From: a virus | Length of the DNA stretch: 52,972 nucleotides | Reading direction: 5' to 3' (one strand) | Virus record (IMG/VR): IMGVR_UViG_3300029373_000006 | Shown: positions 46,149-52,972 of the stretch, piece by piece | Numbering within the stretch: the stretch's first letter is position 1 | Layout: each line of letters starts with the position of its first letter | Notes under the pieces: generated by a model | Databases searched by the model: none | Seen by the model: the letters and a program-made list of their open reading frames with translations, nothing else | Told to the model about the DNA's origin: nothing | Translations under genes and position numbers: made by a program

Positions 46149-48932
46149 ATGGTCGTGTTAATGGAAGACGAGCCCAACTCGTTGTCCCACATCGGCGTCA
46201 AGCGCCGTTCCGGAAGGTGGCCGTATGGATCTGGCGAGGACCCTTACCAGCACGAGGACTTCTACAAGCGATATTTGGATCTCAAGAATTCCGGTCTCAC
46301 CGAGAAAGAGATCGCCGATTCCATGGGGATCACCACGACGAAGGTTCGTGCTCGTAGGACCATTGTCTATAACGAGCAGCTTGCCCAGCGCCAGCATCGC
46401 GCCTACGAGCTCAAGCAGAAGGGATATTCCAACACCAAGATCGGCGAGATCATGGGTGTGAACGAATCCACTGTTCGATCCCTTCTCAATCCTTCCAGTC
46501 GTGCCCGAGCCAATGCGTCAACCATCATCGCCAACAATCTCAAGGAGACTATTGGTAAGGACGGAGCCGTCGACATTGGCAAAGGCGTGGAGCAGTATCT
46601 GGGATATTCTCAGGACAAACTCAAGGTTGCTGTGGCCATGCTTGAGGAGGAAGGCTACACCACCCATTATATTTACACCAAGATGGGTGGTCCAAATCAC
46701 ACCACGGTCAAGGTCCTTGCTGCTCCTGGTGTGACTGTTCGAGATCTGGTCAATGACCGAAGTAAGATCAAGAATATCGGTATGTCCCTTGACGAGCCTC
46801 ACGAAGGTGGCGTTGGAATCAAGAAGCCGGTATCCATCGATTCTAAGCGTCTTGGCGTTGTGTACGCTGAGGACGGAGGAACCGAACGTGATGGTGTCAT
46901 GCTTATTCGTCCAGGAGCAGCTGATCTCGAACTTGGCGGTTCACATTACGCGCAGGTCCGCATCAACGTTGACAACAGCCATTACCTAAAAGGTATGGCC
47001 ATGTACGGTGATCCGGATCAGTTCCCGGATGGTGTAGACATCATATTCAACACGAACAAGAAACGGGGAACCCCGATCGAGGGAACCGGCGATAATTCGG
47101 TATTGAAGCCGCTCAAGCGACTGACCAATCCGGATGGAACGAAAGGCGATGTCGATTGGAGCAATCCATTCGGCGCCACCATAGATCCGATCAAAGGTCA
47201 GTATGAGTATGACGATCCAAAGACCGGGAAGAAGAAACAGTCATTGATCAATAAGGTCAATGATGAAGGCGACTGGGATGACTGGTCGAGAAGCCTTCCT
47301 TCCCAGATGCTTTCCAAGCAGGATATTTCTTTGGCCAAACGTCAACTTGGCATTGATCTTGATCGTCGTCAGCGAGACTACGATGAGATCATGGCGTTGG
47401 ATAATCCAGTAGTCAAGGCCAATCTTCTCAAGTCATTTTCTGATGAGTGCGATTCAGCGGCAATTCATATGAAGGCTGCGGCGATGCCTCGTCAGAGGAC
47501 TCAGGTTATTTTGCCGATCCCTTCCTTGAAGGACAATGAGATCTATGCTCCGAACTTCAGACCTGGCGAGAAGGTGATTCTTATTCGCTTCCCGCATGGC
47601 GGAAAGTTCGAAATCCCTGAGCTCACGGTCAACAATAACAACAAGGAAGCCCGGGCGGCTCTTAGCGGATCCAAGGATTGCGTCGGTATCAATGCCAAGG
47701 TGGCCGAACGACTCTCTGGCGCCGATTTCGATGGCGATAACGTTCTGGTTATTCCAAACAACCGAGGCGAGATCAAGACTCGATCTGCTCTTGACGGTCT
47801 GAAGAACTTCGATCCCAAGACCGCATATCCTAAGTATGAAGGTATGCGAGTCATGACGAAGCGTGAAAAGGGAAGAGAGATGGGTATCGTCTCCAACCTT
47901 ATTACGGACATGACCATCAAGGGTGCTCCTTGGGAGGATATCGAGAAGGCGGTCCGCCATTCGATGGTGGTCATCGATGCTGAGAAGCATGAGCTGAACT
48001 GGAAACAGTCCGAACGTGACAATCAGATCGATCTTCTCAAGCAGAAGTGGCAGAGTCGAGGAGATGGAAAATATGGTGGAGCATCCACTCTTATTTCCAG
48101 ATCCAAGTCCACCGAACGCGTTCCAGAACGTAAGCTTCGTTCGGCCAAGGAAGGCGGATGGATCGACCCGGAAACGGGCGAGAAGGTCTACGTCAAAACC
48201 GGTCGAGAGAAAGTCGTTCCCGCCAAGAAGGACAAGGACGGAAAGGTTATTTCTTGGAAGAAGGTTCCAGCCGAATCGGTAACGGTGAAGATGGACCTTG
48301 CCAAGGATGCCTACAAACTTTCGTCCGGAACGGCGATGGAAGGTGTCTATGCTGACTATGCAAATTCTCTGAAGTCCCTGGCAAACCAAGCCCGAAAATC
48401 GTATTTGAATTCTGGTTCGTTCAAGTATGATCCCCAAGCTGCGAAAACATACTCGTCAGAGGTCAGTTCCTTGAAAGCCAAACTCAATACGGCTCTCAAG
48501 AACGCCCCTTTGGAACGCAAGGCCGAGCTTCTTTCGGACAGTTTGTACGAAGCCAAGAAGGCGGCTCATCCAGAATATGAAAAGGATGATCTGAAAAAGC
48601 TTTCCAACAGGTGCCTTAATGAGGCCCGTATTGCAGTGGGCGCCAAGAAGCAATTGGTCGACATCACTGATAAGGAATGGGAAGCCATTCAGCATAGGGC
48701 CGTTAGCAAGAATACCCTTCAGCAGATCCTGCAAAACGCGGATCCTGACAGAGTCAAGCAATTGGCCACTCCGAAACAGGGTGTTGCTATGTCGGCGTCC
48801 CTTGTTGCGAGGGCCAAGTCCATGCTCAATCGTGGTTACACACAGGCTGAAGTAGCTGATAGACTTGGCGTATCAATAGATACACTGAAGCGTAATGTGA
48901 CTACTAAGACTAAGGTGGCAGACAATGGCTAG
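46149..48932 (+). CDS. Putative single-chain two-barrel (YonO-like) RNA polymerase with sigma-region-4-like HTH modules.
   Basis: The beta'-type signature 'IRFPHGG...SGADFDGDNVLVIP' (nt ~47670-47760) compares with 'NADFDGDQMAVHVP'. The beta-type signature 'KGMAMYGDPDQFPDGVDIIFNTN' (nt ~46990-47057) compares with 'GDKMAGRHGNKG...DGTPVDIVLNP'. HTHs are 'LTEKEIADSMGITTTKVRARR', 'YSNTKIGEIMGVNESTVRSLL' and the C-terminal 'YTQAEVADRLGVSIDTLKRNV'. Confidence 0.45.
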   Translation: MVVLMEDEPNSLSHIGVKRRSGRWPYGSGEDPYQHEDFYKRYLDLKNSGLTEKEIADSMGITTTKVRARRTIVYNEQLAQRQHRAYELKQKGYSNTKIGEIMGVNESTVRSLLNPSSRARANASTIIANNLKETIGKDGAVDIGKGVEQYLGYSQDKLKVAVAMLEEEGYTTHYIYTKMGGPNHTTVKVLAAPGVTVRDLVNDRSKIKNIGMSLDEPHEGGVGIKKPVSIDSKRLGVVYAEDGGTERDGVMLIRPGAADLELGGSHYAQVRINVDNSHYLKGMAMYGDPDQFPDGVDIIFNTNKKRGTPIEGTGDNSVLKPLKRLTNPDGTKGDVDWSNPFGATIDPIKGQYEYDDPKTGKKKQSLINKVNDEGDWDDWSRSLPSQMLSKQDISLAKRQLGIDLDRRQRDYDEIMALDNPVVKANLLKSFSDECDSAAIHMKAAAMPRQRTQVILPIPSLKDNEIYAPNFRPGEKVILIRFPHGGKFEIPELTVNNNNKEARAALSGSKDCVGINAKVAERLSGADFDGDNVLVIPNNRGEIKTRSALDGLKNFDPKTAYPKYEGMRVMTKREKGREMGIVSNLITDMTIKGAPWEDIEKAVRHSMVVIDAEKHELNWKQSERDNQIDLLKQKWQSRGDGKYGGASTLISRSKSTERVPERKLRSAKEGGWIDPETGEKVYVKTGREKVVPAKKDKDGKVISWKKVPAESVTVKMDLAKDAYKLSSGTAMEGVYADYANSLKSLANQARKSYLNSGSFKYDPQAAKTYSSEVSSLKAKLNTALKNAPLERKAELLSDSLYEAKKAAHPEYEKDDLKKLSNRCLNEARIAVGAKKQLVDITDKEWEAIQHRAVSKNTLQQILQNADPDRVKQLATPKQGVAMSASLVARAKSMLNRGYTQAEVADRLGVSIDTLKRNVTTKTKVADNG

Positions 48933-49197
48933 TACCAAAGACTATCTGCTTACCACGATTGACAACCCATACAACCCATGGACCAATTGGGATCAATGGT
49001 ATGACTATGATCAGCGTATGGGCTATTGCACATGCTCCTATCTAGCACGCATCATGTCAGTCACTGATGCGATGACTGATGTTGAACTAGATCGTGAGTA
49101 TGAGTTTGCAATGGACGAGATCATCGAGTACGATGTGATCGGTCAATACGCAAAGATCAAGAAGAATAATCCTACACCAATGGGAAAACTCAACTGA
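48925..49197 (+). CDS. Hypothetical protein.
   Basis: A 90-aa ORF overlapping the upstream stop. Confidence 0.35.
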   Translation: MASTKDYLLTTIDNPYNPWTNWDQWYDYDQRMGYCTCSYLARIMSVTDAMTDVELDREYEFAMDEIIEYDVIGQYAKIKKNNPTPMGKLN

Positions 49198-49563
49198 AAA
49201 GTACCGATTTCGTTGCGATCTCTCGCTCTTCATCGATAAAACAATATGATTCGAGCCAAGGAGTCATATTGTTTTGATGGAGGGGGAGGGGTCGCGACGA
49301 ACCGGCACCCTCCCGCATCGCCCGACTCCTTATTTTTTCTCCGACGGGATATTTTTCGAGAAGTCGATTACCCAGACCACGTGTTTTGGGGCTTCAAATG
49401 GGAGCGCCGCTTGGGTCCGAAACAAAATTCCTCGCTCATGGCGGTTGCGAAAACCGGAGGAAACTCCTTTCGACATTAGGGACAACCATTCGGCACTCTC
49501 TTTTGGGGAACCAAAACCAATCAGAACTCCTCGAAACCATTACAGAACTGGAGGCGATATTTC
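49198..49563 (+). promoter_or_regulatory. A 366-nt noncoding region at the early/late boundary; a candidate late promoter, leader, or cos/pac region.
   Basis: No ORF longer than 60 aa. It contains a GC hairpin 'ggaggggtcgcgacgaaccggcaccctcc' and 'ggaggaaactcct'. It lies upstream of the putative terminase small subunit. Confidence 0.4.
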
Positions 49564-49911
49564 ATGGGGCGACGTAAGAAGCTCGACGGATCGTCTTCCT
49601 CTCAGTTCTCGCCCGCTTCCAATCCGGAGGAACGCGAGAATCAGATGATTTCGCTCGCCGTCAACCTTGCCGAGCAACAGCTTCGCGAGGGGACGGCTTC
49701 ATCTCAGGTCATCGTGCACTATCTCAAGCTTGCTTCGACTCGAAACAAGCTTGAAGAGGAGAAGATCAAGTATGAGACGGCCATGCTTCAGGCCAAGAAG
49801 GATGCGCTGAACAAATCTGGTCAGCTCCAGGAGCTCATGGCCAATGCTTTGGATGCATTCCGTTCATATTCCGGAAACACAGAAGAGAGCGAGGTATCAA
49901 ATGGAAGATGA
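49564..49911 (+). CDS. Terminase small subunit, putative.
   Basis: A basic N-terminus 'MGRRKKLDG' and a 115-aa helical body, at the head of the packaging and structural gene block. Confidence 0.35.
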   Translation: MGRRKKLDGSSSSQFSPASNPEERENQMISLAVNLAEQQLREGTASSQVIVHYLKLASTRNKLEEEKIKYETAMLQAKKDALNKSGQLQELMANALDAFRSYSGNTEESEVSNGR

Positions 49912-51124
49912 ACTTTATCACTTCGGTGTAAAAGGCATGAAGTGGGGCGTTCGAAGGTATCGGAACGAAGATGGATCACTTACCTCGCTCGGTAAGAAGC
50001 GCGATAAGATGCTTTCTGATCGGAAAGTCGCAAAAAGGAACTCAACCACTTCCAATATCGTTAACGCGGAATATTCCCGTCGCGAATTTGAGGACGCCAA
50101 GACTCGACTGAAACTTGAAAACCAGACGAAAAAGTCAAAGCGTCAGCAGGATCTTGAGAAAAAGTATCTGAAGCAAGGATTCACCAAAGACGAGGCCGAG
50201 ATCAAAGCTTATAATCGAGCTAAGACAGAAACAATCCTTAAGGTTGCCGGAGGTATTGCTTTAGCATCCGCAGCGGCCTATGTTGCGTACAAGCATTACG
50301 ATAAAGTCACCGATCAGGTATTCAAAAAGGGAAGTAAGATCGGTCGTTTGACGAACGACGGATCGGAACCGACCAATAGGGCGTTTTATGGCTTCGTCAA
50401 CAAGCACGACAAAGATCGGTATGAAGGTCTTTATGGCAAGACGCTTGGCGCGAATGGAACCGTGTATCGTAAGGCCATGCGAGCCGCAGGAGATATTAAT
50501 ATTGCCTCTCCTGAATCCGCTCGAAAGGTTCTTAAGAATATGTTTGACACTGATAAGCAATCTTTCGATGGTTTTAAGAGGACCATAGACGAGTTGACCT
50601 CCGTTGTTCCTCCTATAGGGAAACAAGGACAACTTTGGCAAAAGGCCAAACGGGAACTTGATTCCGGGAAGATCGGTGATAATACCTATAAGGCATTCAA
50701 CACACTGCTTGTTAATCACACCAAGGAGCAACAGCCGATCAATGATAAATTCTATTCGGCCATGAAGAAGGCCGGATATGGTGCGATCCGCGATGTGAAC
50801 GATAAAGAGAATTCCGGATATTTTGCCAGGAATCCGTTGATTGTATTCGATACCGACAAGATCGATGTAGAGGGATTCACGAAGCTCGGGAGTGATCATA
50901 TCAATTTCATGTTCACTAAAGAGCATGGAAAGATCGCTGCTCATGCGTTGGCAAACGAGTACGGTCCTATCGGAGCCGTATTTGCGACTTCTATGGGAGC
51001 GATGAAACTTGTTAAGCGATCCAGTGAGACAAAATTCGTTGAAAACTATCGCAAGCAACATCCTGAGAGCACATTGTCTAATAATGAAATTCTGAAGATG
51101 AGAGATCGGATTGTCAATGCTTAA
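49901..51124 (+). CDS. GMKWG-family paralog 4 (408 aa, large variable C-terminal domain).
   Basis: 'MEDELYHFGVKGMKWGVRRYRNEDGSLTSLGKKRDK', with the core at 49931-49953. A hydrophobic 'VAGGIALASAAAYVAY' segment follows. Confidence 0.6.
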   Translation: MEDELYHFGVKGMKWGVRRYRNEDGSLTSLGKKRDKMLSDRKVAKRNSTTSNIVNAEYSRREFEDAKTRLKLENQTKKSKRQQDLEKKYLKQGFTKDEAEIKAYNRAKTETILKVAGGIALASAAAYVAYKHYDKVTDQVFKKGSKIGRLTNDGSEPTNRAFYGFVNKHDKDRYEGLYGKTLGANGTVYRKAMRAAGDINIASPESARKVLKNMFDTDKQSFDGFKRTIDELTSVVPPIGKQGQLWQKAKRELDSGKIGDNTYKAFNTLLVNHTKEQQPINDKFYSAMKKAGYGAIRDVNDKENSGYFARNPLIVFDTDKIDVEGFTKLGSDHINFMFTKEHGKIAAHALANEYGPIGAVFATSMGAMKLVKRSSETKFVENYRKQHPESTLSNNEILKMRDRIVNA

Positions 51125-51668
51125 CGATACCGAAATCAAAGATCTTTGTATTACCCGGCATATGATCACGCCATTCGATGAGCCCCAACTTCAGCCATGC
51201 AGTTACGACGTCACGCTCTCTAAGAGCATCGTACGATATTTCGGTCGTGGTGAGATCAATGCCATGGATTACACCCTTCATGATCTGGAGTATATTCGTT
51301 TCGCCATGAACGATGACGGTTTCGTTCTCGATCCAAATGAATTTATCCTCGGATCAACAAATGAGGGCGTGACCATTCCGAAGAACATCGCGGCGCGCTT
51401 CGAAGGTAAATCGTCACTCGGTCGTCTTGGACTCGCCACTCATGTGTCTGCGGGATTCATTGATCCTGGGTTCGCCGGTGACATTACTCTTGAGATCAAG
51501 AATCTTAACAACCATCCCATTCGTATATTTGCCGGTATGAGGATCGGTCAGTTGTGCTTCTTCGACCTTCATGACGATGTCGATCGCGCCTACGGATCCA
51601 ACGGGCTCGGATCACATTACCAGAACCAGTCCGGCCCAACTCCTTCGCGAGGTGATGGCGATGCGTGA
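51111..51668 (+). CDS. dcd: dCTP deaminase (Dcd/dUTPase fold).
   Basis: 'PCSYDVTL...GKSSLGRLGLATHVSAGFIDPGFAGDITLEIKNL...GMRIGQLCFF' is the Dcd family pattern. Confidence 0.65.
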   Translation: MSMLNDTEIKDLCITRHMITPFDEPQLQPCSYDVTLSKSIVRYFGRGEINAMDYTLHDLEYIRFAMNDDGFVLDPNEFILGSTNEGVTIPKNIAARFEGKSSLGRLGLATHVSAGFIDPGFAGDITLEIKNLNNHPIRIFAGMRIGQLCFFDLHDDVDRAYGSNGLGSHYQNQSGPTPSRGDGDA

Positions 51669-52098
51669 GCTTTATCATTACGGCGTCAAAGGCATGAAGT
51701 GGGGCGTTCGGCGCTATCAGAACGCCGATGGCACACTCACCTCCAAAGGCAAGGCCCGTCAGGCCAAACAGACCAAGAAGGCCCAGAAGAAGTGGGACAA
51801 GAACGCTAGTCGACATTGGATTGAAGGTTATAACAAAGCAGTCGATTATTCCAATAACAATTTCATCGACAAACTCAACGAGAAGTACAAAGATTACGAT
51901 TTCTCGGATCCAACCGATAAGAAGATCCAGAAGGTCTATAAGCGCTATGTCGAGGAGTACGTAAATGGCTTCAACAGCATTCTCGAAAAGAGCTATCGCG
52001 AGGTTCTCGGCGATCGCCCGGACGATCCAAGAGCTATTCGATCTCTTCCGTTCTATAACGATGCCAATTCGTTGTATCAAGCATGGCTGAATGATTAG
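51661..52098 (+). CDS. GMKWG-family paralog 5.
   Basis: 'MRELYHYGVKGMKWGVRRYQNADGTLTSKGKARQAKQTKKAQKK', with the core at 51688-51710. Confidence 0.6.
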   Translation: MRELYHYGVKGMKWGVRRYQNADGTLTSKGKARQAKQTKKAQKKWDKNASRHWIEGYNKAVDYSNNNFIDKLNEKYKDYDFSDPTDKKIQKVYKRYVEEYVNGFNSILEKSYREVLGDRPDDPRAIRSLPFYNDANSLYQAWLND

Positions 52099-52106
52099 GA
52101 GATATC

Positions 52107-52460
52107 ATGGCCGATGAACTTTATCATCATGGAGTTAAAGGCATGAAGTGGGGCGTTCGACGAGCCCGAAAGAAGTATTCTAATAAGTCTCTTCGTCAGT
52201 ATAATGCGAATCAGAGGAACGCCAAAAGTCTCAAAAGAGATCTTGATTCGAACTTTGATTCCTCGACCGGTCTGAAATTGGATCCCGAGACACGGAGCGC
52301 CTACAAACATGAGTACAACAGAGCTGTGGAAACCGGACGACAATGGCTTCAGACGAGGCAGGATATTTTAAACATGCCAGTGAATTCCACCACGGTTTCC
52401 GACATCAAGAACCGATATAATAAGACCCGTCGCGGAAACGTGTATTATCCTTTCGCGTGA
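52107..52460 (+). CDS. GMKWG-family paralog 6.
   Basis: 'MADELYHHGVKGMKWGVRRARKKYSNKS', with the core at 52137-52159. It follows an 'aggagatatcatg' RBS. Confidence 0.6.
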   Translation: MADELYHHGVKGMKWGVRRARKKYSNKSLRQYNANQRNAKSLKRDLDSNFDSSTGLKLDPETRSAYKHEYNRAVETGRQWLQTRQDILNMPVNSTTVSDIKNRYNKTRRGNVYYPFA

Positions 52461-52476
52461 ACGACAAGGAGGAACC

Positions 52477-52972
52477 ATGACCCTATCGAGCACAGCCGTT
52501 CCGAAATACTACGGTCAGTTCCGTGACAGGGTCATGGCCGGAGAGATCCCGGTATGTCATGAGATCGAGATGGAGATGAACAGAATCGATGATCTCATCC
52601 GCAATCCCGGGATCTACTATGACACCGATAAAGTCGAAGGATGGGTATATTTCTGCGAGAAGGAACTCACCCTGACTGACGGATCTCCGGTTCATCTTCT
52701 CGATAGTTTCAAACTCTGGGGCGAGCAGATATTTGGTTGGTACTACTTCGTCGAACGATCGGTCTATATTCCGAATCCACATGGAGGTCCGGGTCGATAC
52801 GAGAATCGTCGGATCTGCAAACGTCTGATCAACAAACTATATTTGATCGTGGCACGTGGCGCAGCCAAGACCATGTTCGCCGAATTCGTCCAGGCATATT
52901 TCCTCATCATGGACACGTCGACGACCTCGCAGATCGTCGTGGCTCCGACGATGAAGCAGGCTGAGGAAACCA
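52477..52972 (+). CDS. terL: Terminase large subunit, 5' portion (continues at window position 1).
   Basis: AAGGAGG sits 5 nt upstream of the ATG. The window end 'LIVARGAAKTMFAEFVQ...' is identical to the window start. Confidence 0.75.
   Translation, partial: MTLSSTAVPKYYGQFRDRVMAGEIPVCHEIEMEMNRIDDLIRNPGIYYDTDKVEGWVYFCEKELTLTDGSPVHLLDSFKLWGEQIFGWYYFVERSVYIPNPHGGPGRYENRRICKRLINKLYLIVARGAAKTMFAEFVQAYFLIMDTSTTSQIVVAPTMKQAEET

Noticed and set aside
49240-49330. A possible tRNA or attP-like tRNA fragment in the GC-rich hairpin 'ggaggggtcgcgacgaaccggcaccctcc'.
   Set aside because: There is no cloverleaf, the T-loop consensus (GTTCRA) is not properly placed, and no integrase is present.

Overview
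This window looks like a complete, circularly closed genome of about 52.85 kb from a tailed siphovirus-like dsDNA phage. The first ~123 nt are repeated at the end of the window, and both copies lie inside the terminase large-subunit gene. All convincing genes are on the + strand; the minus-strand ORFs are antisense shadows. The order is: terminase large subunit (wrapping across the window ends), HNH endonuclease, gp6/QLRG-like connector, portal, a fused prohead-protease/scaffold/HK97 capsid gene, head-tail adaptors, major tail protein, chaperone, tape measure with two tandem-repeat arrays, Dit, a Tal-like fibre protein with a carbohydrate-binding module, and an XkdX-like protein. A GH25-CW_7-LysM endolysin sits inside the tail module, about 13 kb upstream of the holin. 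Next come about 16 kb of small early genes, many encoding single-TM proteins, separated by GNRA-tetraloop hairpin / U-tract / 'ATATTTT-GAAAGGAG' RBS modules. The replication module holds an SF3 helicase-PrimPol-3'-5' exonuclease polyprotein that continues, after a single in-frame TAG, into a family-B DNA polymerase domain. It also holds a DUF2815-like SSB, a DEAD/SNF2-type helicase, VRR-NUC and PD-(D/E)xK nucleases, and a 345-bp array of CTGCATACTTTT hairpins around an AT-rich core that looks like an origin. The most unusual content is a 927-aa protein carrying both the beta'-type 'ADFDGD' and beta-type double-psi beta-barrel signatures, flanked by three sigma-region-4-like HTHs. It sits at the early/late junction and is read here as a putative YonO-like single-chain RNA polymerase. 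Equally unusual is a family of six paralogous genes around the terminase gene that share an invariant 'ELYH(F/Y)GVKGMKWGVRR' motif, including a 23-nt core conserved at the nucleotide level. The motif is followed by a very basic tract and, in four of the six, a hydrophobic helix; C-termini are variable. This is read as a candidate capsid-targeted or injected cargo protein family. No integrase, tRNA or CRISPR array was found. Domain calls rest on motif recognition by eye and need HMM or structure confirmation.
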